Assembly: GCA_016618085.1 (NCBI GenBank)
Contig: JABLTG010000015.1
Coordinates: forward strand, 1 to 64,000
Direction: 5' to 3'
Length of the DNA: 64,000 nt
Source: Neovahlkampfia damariscottae
Taxonomy: Eukaryota
Positions 12,680 to 25,477 of this stretch are shown piece by piece (the first letter of the stretch is position 1; every line of letters starts with the position of its first letter). The notes under the pieces are model-generated. The model did no database searches and had not been told where the DNA came from. It was given only the letters and a program-made list of their open reading frames with translations. The translations under genes were made by a program, and so were the position numbers.

Positions 12680-15600
12680 ATGAAAGAAATCATCATTGAA
12701 GAGATACAGCACCAAGTAAGCAAAGAAACAAAGTGAATTAATTTTTTTACAAAGACATTCATAAATTGGATGAACTTGTACTTGAATAAAGTTAATAAAG
12801 AAGTTCAGCATTTATCTATGGATCTGAATTCCGGAGAAACTTTTAAAATATTTTTGTCATTGTTGGCGGATAAAAAAATACCTGGTAAATTCGTTCAAAA
12901 CCCTTCTTTTAAGATACATAAATTGGCCAACTTAAAATTGTGTCTTGATTTTTTAAAAAATGAAGGAGTTGAAATTCATAACATTCAACCAGAAGACATT
13001 GAAAAAGGTGATTTAAAAACGATAAATAGTTAGTTATTTTTTAAAACTAAACAACAGGTTTGATGAAATTCATTGCTATTCATTATTTATTATTACAAGG
13101 AAAATCCAGCGGAAATGCGAAAAATGTTGCAGCCATGAAGAAGACACTATTATCATGGGTCAAAGAAAAAACAAAGAGCATTAAAATAAATGTGAAAGAT
13201 TTCCACAATTCTTTTCAAGATGGAAATGTATTCCAAGCAATTTTTAACAACATGACACAAGACACTCTTGCTTTACTTGACGAAAAGGACACTCTAAAAA
13301 GACATCAAACAAACATGTCTTCATTTTCAATAGAGTTCAATATTCCAACTTTAATCACAGCTGAAAACTTGAATACTTATGCTGATGAAATCAGTGTTAT
13401 GATGTATTTAACTTATTTGAAACAAGTTGATGAAACTAAAAAACCATTTGAATTGATTGTCGATGAAAAAAATTTGGAACAAAAAACACCACCAGTTACA
13501 CCTAGAAAAACAACATCAAAAACACCAAGATTTGAAGAAACTCCAAGAGAGACAAAACCAAGTTGGATTGGAATGACACCAAGAAAATCACCAAATGTAG
13601 TACCGATTAATAAACCAGTTCAAGAAGAGCAAAAACCTGCTTGGTTGACAACAAGGTTAAAAAAAATTGAACAAAGTCCAAGACCAAACTCAAATCCTAC
13701 AGAACAAAAGATTGAAGAAAAAAAACTTGATAAGTCATTTTTCAAATTGAATTCATTTTTAAAAATAAAAAAGAAATCAAATTCAATTATTGAAGTCAAA
13801 AATGAATCAAAGAAGATTGAAGAGAAATCAAGTGATTCAAAAATTGAAGTTATTGTTGAGAAAGGGTATCTAAAAGATGAAAACCAACAAATAGGAGAAA
13901 TTGATCCATTGGATTATTCCATTGACATTCCAGACGATATTTTTATCAATAGAGATTCTATTTTTAAACTAAAAAGTAAAACAGGTAATTTATCTGTAAC
14001 TGATGAAAAATGCACTATCAAAATTATAGGACCTTTGGAATCATTCATGTTGGGTCATATTTACCATTCAAATCCGACTATGAAAGATTCAAAAATGACT
14101 ATCCATCCAAAATATCCAGGGAGTTATTTAATAGCTATTTCGATCAATGAAAAACTTATTTGTGAGCAACCACGTTATTTTGTAGTGAAATCTACTCCAA
14201 GATGGTCAATTGAAGGATTAGGAGCTCAAAATAATCTTGTTAAAGGATTGACTTATTCATTTTTCATAAAATGTGAAAATGAACCAAAAATCAAAGAGTT
14301 GCAATGCATTTTAGATGCTCCAGTTGAACATGAAAAATGTAAACTAAAAATCATCAATGTTACGAAAAACACTCTAAAAATCATTTACACTCCAGTTGTT
14401 TCAGGAGTGTACAAATTTTCAATTTCTGTTAACGGAGAAAAAATTCAAGAAAATCCATTGATCGTTAATGTAGTTGATTCATCTCCTCTTATTAATATCA
14501 TAAATGAAGTTGATGTTGAAACAAACCTATGTAAACTCGTTTTAACTGGCACATACGAAGTGTACAAAGAATCAAAAATTCATTTAAAGAGTATTGATAG
14601 AAATGGATTATTGAAGAAATTTTCAAGTGACAAATTTGATATTTCTATAACTTCATTGAATGAAAACGAACTGGTTGAAGTATTTATTGAAAATGATGAT
14701 AGTGGTATTTACTCAATTAATTTTACTCCAAAAATACATGGATCTCATCAATTGAATGTACTATTTTGTGGGAAGCATATCAGTAATAGTCCATTTTCTT
14801 TTCAAGTTCAAAAACCTTTGTGGTTTGCTCACGGAAAAGGCTTGAGTGGATTGTTGACTGTTGGAGAAGAAACAAATTTTGTGGTTGAGAGAACATTAAA
14901 TAATTCTGAAAAAGTGAAGAAAGTCAATTGTGAAATGAAAGGTCCAGTTGATTCAAAAGAATGTGAAATGACTATTAAATCATCAAAAAAAGGAAAATAT
15001 GAATTCACTTATACTCCAAAAGTTGAAGGAGAATATGAACTACAGTTGTATATCAATGATGAAATGATTGCTGGAAGTCCATTCAAAATCCAAGTTAAAA
15101 CCAAGGAATACATTAAAATGAAATATGATCGTTTGAAGTTGATTAGTAAATATCAAAAGTTTGAAAGTCAGAATGTCAAGAACTTTCTTTATTGGATAGA
15201 TTCTTCAATTCATCATTTATTTTCAAAGAATGTCATCGAATATAATACATATGAAGCTTGTTTAGAACACAAGAAATATCTTTCAACTTTCAGCATTGAG
15301 AAAGAATTTCAGAAGTCAAAAGAGAATTTATCTTCCATTGATATGTTAGAAGGTTTATGGAGTGACTTAGAGAACATTCATGATTTTCATGAAAAGAAAT
15401 TGGACGAAAAACTTGAAATAATGAAGAAACTTGAAAGTTCAAATCATAAATTCAAAGTTAAAATGGAAAAACTTGAAGACATATTTGGAAGTTTAGGGAT
15501 CGAACCAATTAAAGAAGAGCATTTTGAAACTGAAGATTCTATTCAAAATGGATTTCAAAAACAAAAAGAATTGAAAAAGAAACTTCAAAAATCAGATGAA

Positions 15601-17124
15601 AAAGTGAAGGAAATAACAGAAATGAATTTGGAATATATCAAAGCAAATCATAAAAATGCAAAAAATAATGAACATGAAATCAACAAATTCTCATCATTAT
15701 CTAAAAAATATCATGAAATAATTGAAGAAAATGAAAAGAAATTGTTAAAGATTCAATTAACAATAAAAGAAAAATTATCAAAGGCTATGAATGAATACAA
15801 TAAAAAATCTATTGAATTCATTGACTGGATACAACAGAAAATAGTGCATCTAAATGAAGATATTCAATTAATTTCATTAGAAGACCAATTAATACAATTT
15901 GAATATGAACAAGAAAAAATATTTCGTATTGGAAGTGAAAAACTAATGAAACTTCAAGAAATGTTTGAAGAGAATTTCAAAGTAAAATATCCAATCCAAA
16001 AAATTGAAATCAAATTAAACTCTTTAAAATTAACAATGGAAGAAAAAAAAGCAAAAATTAATTATGAATTGGACAAACAAGAAAGAAAAATCAAACAACT
16101 ATTGTTTGCTATTAAATCCACAATTGTCTCTTTTGAAGCACAAAAAGAACTTGTTAAGTCACAAAAAGAAAAGTTGGATTTGATAAAAAATGAAAAAGAA
16201 ATGGAAGAATTTGAGGTTACATTTGATTTGTTGAATAAAGACTCCTTGGAATTTGATAATGATTTTCAAGAATTACAAATTGGTTTTCAACAAATTCAAC
16301 AATTAAATCATTCACTTATTGAAGAATTATCAACTGAAATGGAAAAACTTCAATCATGTAATGAAGCTACGAAATCTGATATTGAATTTATTAACAACAA
16401 CATGAAGAAAGATTTTGATCAACCAAATGAAAAGGAAAAATCAATTTATGATGAAATACAAACGATACTAACTTCTGCATCAAATTTTCTTCTAGATATT
16501 GTTGTAGGTTCTTCATTGGATGAATTAGATGATCTTGACAAAAAGTATTCCAAAATTGGAAAAGAGTTGGAAAATTTATCAATCATGATTGAATTAGCAC
16601 AAATTTCTGATATTTTAGAGGAAACTAAAGAAAATGATACTCAAAATGAAATCAATTCAATTGAAGAAAAATTGAAAATTGAACAAGAATTGATGTTTGT
16701 CAGATTAGAATCAAAGAAATCTGAATTAGAAAACTTGAGAAAAGTGGAAACAAAAAACATTAAAATACAAACTAAATTCAATGAATTTCGTACATGGATT
16801 TCAAACTTAAAACCAAACGAAGAAAATATTCATGAATTAAATACCAAAGCTAAAAAACTAATTTCAATGATTGAAGATTTAGATAGTAAATCAAAAATAA
16901 GAAAAGAAAATATTGAAATAGTACAAAGAAATTTCATTGATCAATTTGAAGAATCACAAAAAAATCAAAATATATTTCAACTATTATCATTAATAAGCAA
17001 TGACAATGAAACAGTTTCTGAAGATGATTTAATTGGTCTAGGAATGTCCAATGATATTTTAGAAAATTTGAAACAAAAATTGACTTTCAAAGATAATTTA
17101 TACTATTTTTCGAATTTGAAATGA
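12680..17124 (+). CDS. Actin cross-linker: tandem calponin-homology domains, filamin Ig repeats and a spectrin-like helical rod
   Basis: Spliced IQHQTFINWMN and LLSWVKEK...VKDFHNSFQDG (CH1/CH2). About four filamin repeats (YTPVVSGVY, FTPKIHGSH, YTPKVEGEY...GSPF). Long helical C-terminus with FIDWIQ-type Trp motifs. Introns 12716-12753 and 13029-13057. Confidence 0.85.
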
Positions 17125-17202
17125 TCAATCTTCAAGAAATTCCTAATAAAGAAATTTTGATTGATAAAAGTTGATCTGGATTCTAAAAGTTCAAACAAAC
17201 AC

Positions 17203-18370
17203 ATGGGTCAAACACAGTCAACACATCACTCACTCATGAGTGATAGAATTACAATTCCAGTAACTTCAGACGTTTCCATTGGCCAAGGCTATAATTTGGT
17301 GGATGATCTCCCTGCAAAATCAATGATCATTTCTGCAAAACCTTCCATAAGAAAGATAGATTATTCTCATTACAGTGCCAATATCATCAGAACTAGAAAA
17401 GATATCAGAAACTTTCTTCAAGTTCCTATTTCAAAAGAAATGAAATCTTTGGTAATGATGGAACATTTTGGCCAAGAAGTAGAAAAAATTATGAAATCAT
17501 TTAATGAATCTGAAACAGATACTCAAATTATCATCAAATTTGTTTATAAAAAGTACTCAGAATTCATTGACAATGACACAAGATTAACACCAAACAAAGA
17601 AATTATTCATGAAACAGAATCTTTGCATTCATTTCTAGTGAATTTTGGAGATCATTTTTGTGTGGAAAGGGTGTTTGGTGGGATGATATTAATAATGTTA
17701 ACGATCTCAAATGAATCCGTTGAAAAACGTGAAGAAATGGAGAAAGCACTCAATTTAGGTTTCTCAATTGTAAATCCTTTAATCGGAATTGAAAAAGATG
17801 TGATTGAAAAAATCCCAAAAGAAAAGGTAAAACAATCTACTTCTGACATTTCCTAAGATTCGTTTTACAGCGCACTACATTGGTGTCGATGAAATTGAAA
17901 AAGAAAATTTTGATTCAGTTGATGCTTTGATGTCAAAAATTCAAGATTTCAGAAATGAAAAAGAATCAAAACCAACATTATTCCAAATTTCACTTCAAAG
18001 TTATAAACTTCTCACTGCTTTTAAAAATCACACTAAATTGATTAGAGATTCTCAAAAAATCCTCAAAGAATTGAGTGATGGACTCATGCAAACATATGGT
18101 TCTTATTTTGATTTCAAAAATCAAATTGGGAAAATACTTGAAGAATACACAAAGAATCAAGAAATGTATGAAAAAATTGACATCAATAAACTTGCAAATC
18201 TCAATATACAAGTATCCAAATTCATGGATCAAATTTGGAAATATTATGAGCAAAATGCACGTGGAATTGAAAGCTCTGAAGAATTGAAAATTCCAGATTC
18301 TTCACTTTTTCAAACAGAAAACACACTTCCAAAATTGAAAAAGAAATCAATTCCAGCTGAAGAATTATAA
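17203..18370 (+). CDS. MACPF/CDC-like protein with N-myristoylation motif
   Basis: MGQTQS start, IGQGYN, and FGDHFCVERVFGG resembling the MACPF signature. Intron 17827-17857 joins the two ORFs in frame. Confidence 0.6.
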
Positions 18371-18375
18371 AAATT

Positions 18376-20340
18376 TTATTGATATTTCAACTTTTCTTTC
18401 AAAGTGTTAATTTTCTTTTTTGCATCTGGATTATCATTTTTTCTTGCCATATCATAATAGTACAATGCATTATCATAATCTTCTTGTTCTTCATAAATAT
18501 CACCTAATTCTAATTGTGCCAAGTCATGTTTTTGATCTGCTGCTTTTGTTAAATAAATCAAAGCTTGTTCATCATCAATTTTTGTTCCAATTCCATCAAG
18601 ATAGAAGCAAGCAACACAATATTGAGCTTCGCAATGTCCAGCATCAGCAGCTTTGATATACCATTCTAATGCTTTTTCATCGTTAGCAGGAGCTCCTCTT
18701 CCTTCTTCATAACATAATCCAACTTGATAAAGTGCTTCTGAGTTACCTTGAGCACCTGATTTTTTGAAATAACTCATTGCTTGATAATCACTTTGAGTAA
18801 TTCCTTTTCCATTATGAATACAAAGACCTAATGCTAATTGACCCATTGCATTATTTTGATTCGCTGATTTATTATACCAAGTAACAGCTTGTGCTTCATC
18901 AACTGGAACCCCATGTCCATTTTCAAGACATACACCAACATAATATTGAGCATCTGCATGTTTTTGTTTTGCTGCCTTCAAAAAATTATTATAAGCTTTA
19001 GTGTAATTTTGAGTTGTTCCTTTTCCTTCAAAATAAGCCAATCCAACAATATATTGTGCTTTTACATGTGCCAAACTGGCTGCTGTTTTATACCATTCCA
19101 GTGAATTTTTCAATTCTCTTCTTGAATCTGATGTTGAATATATTTTTCCAATGTGATAAGCAGATGCAGCATGTTCTTGTTCTGCAGCTAATTTGAACCA
19201 TGTTATTGCTAAAATATTATTCTTTTCAACACCATCTCCTCTTTCATACATCAATCCTAAATTAAATTGAGAATCAACACTTCCTAATTTTCCACCAAAT
19301 TCAAACCAATCTTTTGCTTTTTCACCATCTTTTGGAACTTCTGTTCCTTTATAATAAAGAAAACCAAGTAAATTGATGGCTTCTAAATGTTCACCTTTAG
19401 ATGCATCTGTCAAATATTTGACACATTTATCAATATTTTGTTCAACACCTTTTCCTTCTTTATAGTATAATGCAAGTTGAAATTGTGATTCTGCGTTTCC
19501 AATTTTGGATAATCTTTCATAGTAATAAGCAGCTTTTTCAAAATTCTTTGGTATTCCTAATCCACTTGATTGAATCTCAGCCATTCCTAAAAGTGACTCT
19601 TCATTTTTGTCATCTATTGCTAAACATTTTTCAAACCATTCTGTAGCTTTTTCATAAGATGTTTCAACACCAATTCCATTTAAATAACATAATCCAAGTG
19701 TTGATTGTGCTTTAACTTCATTACCTTCAGCTGATTCTTCTAATAATTGAATTCCTTTTTCAATATCTTGTTCAATTTCTTCACCATCAAGATAACAACC
19801 ACCAAGATTAAATTTAGCTACAGCATCATCTTGTTGAGAAGCTTTTTCAAACCATTCAACTGAATCTTGAATATTCATTTCAAAAATAATTCCAAATCTA
19901 TAACAAATTCCAATGATACATTGATCAATTGCACTACCTTCTTCAGCTCTATTTTTGAATTCTTCTCCAATTTTTTGAATTTCATCAGTTGAGTTTTCTG
20001 CATCATATTCATCTTTAATCTCTTTTTGAACATCAATATTTGAATCATATAATTTTCTTAATTTGTAAAACCAAGGATGTTTTTTTTTAATAAAAACTGT
20101 TTCCATTACATTTTCTTTAAACTTTTGAAAATCAATTTCTAAATCCATATCAAATCTGTTTATAGCTTTATTTGTTTCTAATTTTTTATATTCTTCTTTT
20201 TTTTGTTTAAGTTCATCTTGAATTGATTTGATATAAGTTTCAATGAATGATTTTCCTTCAGTTTTGAATTTTTCTAAAAGTTTGTGATTTTCTGTAATTT
20301 TTGAAATCATCACTTTTACATCTTCTGAGTTATTTATCTC

Positions 20341-20389
<49 letters not shown>

Positions 20390-20808
20390 GTTAATTCTTT
20401 TTGTGGAATTTCTTCTGGTGTTTCTTCGATTTCTTCAGGTTTTGTTTCCGTAACTGTGATATTTTCTTCTTGTTTAACTTCTTGTATTGTTTCTTCTTTT
20501 AGAACTTCTGTTTCTACAATTTCTGTTTTACTTCTTTTGGTTCTTGGTGGACGTTTTCGTGGTTTTTCTTCGACAGTTGTTTCTTTTGATTCTTCAACAA
20601 TTGGTTTTTCTTCAACGATTTTTGGTTGAGATTCTGGTTCGGATTGTTCTTCAACAATTGGTTTTTCTTCAACAATTTCTGGTTGAGGTTCTTGAATCTT
20701 TTCTTCTTTTTGGATTTCTGGTTCAGGCTCGACTTTAACAGGTTCTTGTGTTGGTTCTGTTTGGGCCTTTTTTGTTCTTGGAACACGTTTTTTACGTTTT
20801 TCACTCAT
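18376..20808 (-). CDS. SEL1-like repeat protein with acidic Pro/Glu-rich N-terminus
   Basis: About 14 SEL1 repeats (e.g. AQYYVGVCLENGHGVPVDEAQAVTWYNKSANQ). First ATG at 20808. Confidence 0.9.
20341..20388. repeat. (TTCTGG)8 coding microsatellite encoding (PE)8
   Basis: Eight perfect hexamers read directly from the sequence. Confidence 0.95.
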
Positions 20809-20959
20809 TTTTTTACACAACCGATTGTTTTTTAACAAGTGGTGATATTATTGGTGGGAAAATCTCCACCAATCAGTATTTAAAGCTGAAAAATATCGTA
20901 ATTCCAAAGGATCAAAAGAATATTGATCAATAAAAGGAAATTCAATTCATAATTCATCA

Positions 20960-21561
20960 TTGATTTTGTATTATTTTTGATTTTTCTTTAAAACAAAAAA
21001 GTTCAATTGGACTGAAGACTCCATCAATTCAAACAACAACATAGCCATTAAAAAGTTCAATAAAATTGCTACCTTCTTCGAATATGATAAAATTATCCCT
21101 TTTTTCTTTTATTGAAATTGAAATTCTCCTTTTTTGTTGTCAAAAAAATCTTTAATTCAACTCCATCTTTTTCAAATACTAAAATTCTCATAGATGCTCA
21201 AGCAATTTGCAAAAAATCCTTTTTCAATAATACCCCAATATCCCATATCCTTCCCAATCGGAATTTTTAGTAATTTGATTCACAAAGTTGTTTTGAGTCA
21301 ATATTCATCAAAAAGAGATGATTTGTTGATTTGAGACACTTTTCCTCTGAACTGATAATCTAAATTTTTCAATTCTTGGAAATAATTTTTTGGATCTTCT
21401 CCAAAACACGAATGAATATTGTATTCTTGACGAATTAAGTTTTTGAAAATTGTTTTCTTGTTTGAAAGAAAATGGAACTTTTTGAAACCAAAGAGATGAT
21501 AAATCGATAAACTGTTTGTTTCTTCATATATTTCATCTAGAAATTGTTCAATTTCGAACAT
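20960..21561 (-). pseudogene. Degenerate hypothetical gene
   Basis: 87-codon ATG-initiated ORF followed by coding-like sequence with stops in all frames. No family recognised. Confidence 0.3.
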
Positions 21562-21626
21562 CTTTCTCTTGTTGATCGAAATTTAAAACTTGAACAGAAA
21601 TTGAATTGATTGGCGGAATTTTTTCA

Positions 21627-22053
21627 ATGTCTTTTTCACAAAAATTGAAAAACTTATGGAACCATCCAGCTGGTCCAAAAACAAGTTTAAACAATAAAAA
21701 AAAACTAATAACAAAAAAAAAATAGTTTTCTTTTGGGCACCAACCATGAAATGGGTAACTAAAAAAAAAATAAAAAAAATAACCAAATAGGCGTTGGTCA
21801 TTGCTGCAATTTCTGATTTATCAAAACCTGCAGAATCAGTTTCAACAGCACAAAATGCTGCTCTCACAGCAACTGGAATCATTTGGTCCAGGTAAAAAAA
21901 AAAAAAAATAATTAGTGTTTTTTTGAAAGATATGCAACTCAAATTATACCTGTAAACTACAATTTATTACTTGTGAATGTGTTTGTTGCTGGTAGTGGTG
22001 GTTATCAATTATTCAGAAAATGGAGATCAACAAGAGTTAAAAAATTAGAATAA
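21627..22053 (+). CDS. MPC2: Mitochondrial pyruvate carrier 2 (absent from the ORF track)
   Basis: Three GT-AG introns give MSFSQKLKNLWNHPAGPKTIFFWAPTMKWALVIAAISDLSKPAESVSTAQNAALTATGIIWSRYATQIIPVNYNLLLVNVFV. Confidence 0.95.
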
Positions 22054-22194
22054 ATTTGAATTTTTCTTACTTTTACCCACTGAATTCGTTTTTTTCATTT
22101 TTTAAAAAATAAAATAAAAATAAAATTTAATTCGTTGTGAAAAATAGACCAATAAGATTGTGTTGATACAAATTTACCAAATCTGTCAAAACTG

Positions 22195-24138
22195 ATGTTG
22201 AAATTGTTTGTTTATTCACTTCTTTTTCTTCTACTTGTACATTTTGTAACTGCCAAAAAGTGCTATTTTATTGGAAACAATTTAGTAAATATTTATGAAA
22301 ACAAAACAGTTGATAACCTAAGAGTTTGAAAAAACAAAACTAAACTTTTTTTCCAGCTTGTTTCATGTGGTTTTAAAGGTTACTCTTCTATTTCTTTCAG
22401 TTCTTCTTTGTCCATCACAAAAGTTGAATTTACAGTTGTATTATGGAGTTCACATGAATCAGAAACAGTTTCAAACATTGGATACATTTATTCGAATAAT
22501 TTTACAACTATATACTCAGAAATCAACGTGACACCGAGTGCTGTGGTTGAAATAGGTCCTTCCATTTTCAGAAGAGTTTTCTTGACAATACCTCAAAAAT
22601 ACCTTCAGCAGAATTATTTTATGATTTTAAGAAATAATGCAAATGCAAAACCTACGTTGGAAAAGAATGGTTATCGTTTAGAAGCACCAACAGAAATAGG
22701 ACGTCGCTCAATTTCAAGTGGTTTGATGATGAATTTTGTTTTAATTTTTCAAAGTTGATAAATGTCGAGGTTATACTTGTGAGATGGCTTCCAGATTCAA
22801 AACACTTCCAATATTAGCAATACAACTGATATTTGCTGCATTGCTTGTTTTCTTATCATTTGTTGGACGAAATTGGCAACCAATGAAATCAAGAGGAAGT
22901 TCAATGATTCTTGGACTGATTTATGTATCATCTTATGGTATCGTTGATCTTTTACCTGTAATTATTCCTGGTTACTCATTTGAATTTTCCTATGATTTTG
23001 ATATTTACTTTTACATTTTATTGAAACTACCAATTGCAATTACCATTAGAATTTTAATTTTAATCGTAACTCAAATTTTCAATTTTAATATTTTTCAAAG
23101 AATATGCTTCAAATGGTGATGATTATGATGATCAAAAAAAATTATAAATTTATTTCAAAATTAGGTGTAAATTCAGTTTACTGTTGGTTGTTGAGATTAT
23201 TCAAAGTTTTATTTTATAACATTGGTGTTGTTTTGATGTTTATTTTATTCACACATATTGTAATTGCATGTATGAATTTTATTTTACTGGCAATGATCAC
23301 CAACGAATCATATCACATTAACTCAACTACATGGGATATCTTTCACCAAATTTGGATGGCATTTGATATTAGTTTTAATGTTTTCATTGTTATATTATTA
23401 GTTTTTGACTTCGCTTTGAATTTCAAATGGTGTAAAATAAGAGATTTTTGGTTAAGAAAAGATCCATTTTATTTTAGACTTCAACAAATATTTTTATTAC
23501 CTTTATCAGTTCTTTCTATTATCGTTTTTTTTTTAAAAAGAATGAGAAAAGAAAATGATTTGAATGAAGAATGTTATACTGGTGCTGATGAAATGTTTTA
23601 TATTGTTAATCGATTTCTGGAAGAATTTTTCTTTATTCTTTATTTTTCTGGATTTATTTTATTGCTGACATTTGTTAGAAAAATGAAAGAATTGAAAAAT
23701 AGAAAAAATAAAAAAGTCAACACTGATACGATTGATGAATTATTTGAAAATGATGAAATGCTTGAATTATTTCAAGAATTTTCAACTAAAGAATTTTCAA
23801 CTGAAAATATTTTTTTATATCAAGAGATTAAAAAGTATGAAAACACAACCAATGAAGATTCAAGAAAAAAACTAGCATCTGAAATTTTTCATAAATATTT
23901 GAATGGAAATTATTCTGAATTGGAAGCAAATTTACCAACAAGATTGACAAAAAATGTGAAACAACAAATGGATGTTGACGAATATCCTTTTGATTTATTT
24001 CAAGAAGTTTTGATGGCAACAAAAGAAAATTTGTCAGATACATATTCACGTTTTATTTTTGCTGAAGAAACTGGTAAATATGAAGATGCTTTGAATATGA
24101 TTCAAGAAAATACAAAATTATTGTTCAGTCCTAAATAA
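22195..24138 (+). CDS. Signal peptide, extracellular domain, 7TM region and C-terminal RGS domain
   Basis: Three introns join the ORFs. QPMKSRG after TM1; RGS motifs LFQEFSTKEFSTENIFLY, SELEANL and NLSDTYSRF. Confidence 0.85.
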
Positions 24139-24199
24139 TCACAAACATTTGAAAAACAGAAATCTCGGGTTCAATCATCATAGGAATAGATTTTTTTTT

Positions 24200-25423
24200 T
24201 TATTTTTTCAATTTTTCTTTGAAAGGATGATTATCAATGTTCAATTTATATCTAAAAACTTCATTAAACAATTCATCAGTTTTCTCAAAAACTTTTGATT
24301 GATGATTTTCTTTTGCTTTTTCTTTCTTTTGTTCCATTTCGTCACGTGCTTTTTCCAAAGTGTCATAATCTTTTGTAACAGTTGAATGATGAACAACAGA
24401 CCATAATTTTCTTGATTCATGATCTTTTTGATTTTCCAAACTTTCCACAGTCTTCAAATGAAATAATTTCTCCGGTCTTGAAGATGGAAGCAATTTTTCT
24501 TTATTTGAATAATCTGAATAATTTTCAATATGAATATCATCCAAAAGAGCACCATAGATCTTTTTTAAACATTTCTTTCCTTTATAAATATAACCTAAAA
24601 TATACCCACCATCAGAAATAGTCACATCTGTGGTGTATTCATGATTTGGTGATTTAATTGTCAATTTATCAAATGGTTCTAAACGTGCTTTACCCCATAC
24701 TAATCCACGTGCAATTCCACCTGGAAATGTGACATCATAAATTTCTGTCAAAAAAATTAGAATATCAAAAAAATTTGAAAACCATTCAAACTAGTTATAG
24801 TTAATCTAGCACCACCTTTTGAATATGTACCTGCACTGTTACCCCAAAATCCTCCTTTTTTAGAGCCACAATTAATGATTGAAATGTTCTTTTCTGGATT
24901 TTCAACTGAAGAAACTAATATATCTTCTGTGACTTGTTCACCTACAAAATATGATGTTGAATCTTTGTGTTTCCAAGAGCATATAAATTGTTCACCAACC
25001 ATAGGCATGTTTGGAGCAGCACCAGCAAATCCTGAACACATACCCAATTTATTTGTATTTAAATAATGTCTTGTAATAGCAATGATTCTATCAAGAGGAT
25101 CTTTCATCTCTGAAACTCTTCAAAATTTAAATATAATTTTTTTTTTCACAAACTGTCTTAAGTATTTAAAAGGATAAGAAAAATCAGCATGTTGTTCTAA
25201 AAAAGCAATTGGTTTGACACAAAATGAAGGTACTCTTAAATTACTAAGAGTTAATTCTCCGCTGTAAAATTTTTGAACAAATTCATAAACAACTGAATTA
25301 CCACCCCTGTTGTGATTAGAATTATTTTTTTATTGTATACCATTCTGAATTTTTTTGGAACTCATATGGATCCACCACATATGTTGTTTCTTCAATTTTC
25401 TTCCAGTCCAAATCTTTTGACAT
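24200..25423 (-). CDS. Short oxysterol-binding-protein-related (Osh4-like ORD-only) protein, divergent
   Basis: ATG at 25423 and three introns. LRVPSFCVKPIAFLE, DPLDRIIAITRHYL, PMVGEQF, ARGLVWG and ESRKLWS follow the ORD motif order. Confidence 0.75.
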
Positions 25424-25477
25424 CTCTTTTAGAAAAATTTCTTCTAATTGGTCCAATATTTTCCGTCAATAAAAAAT

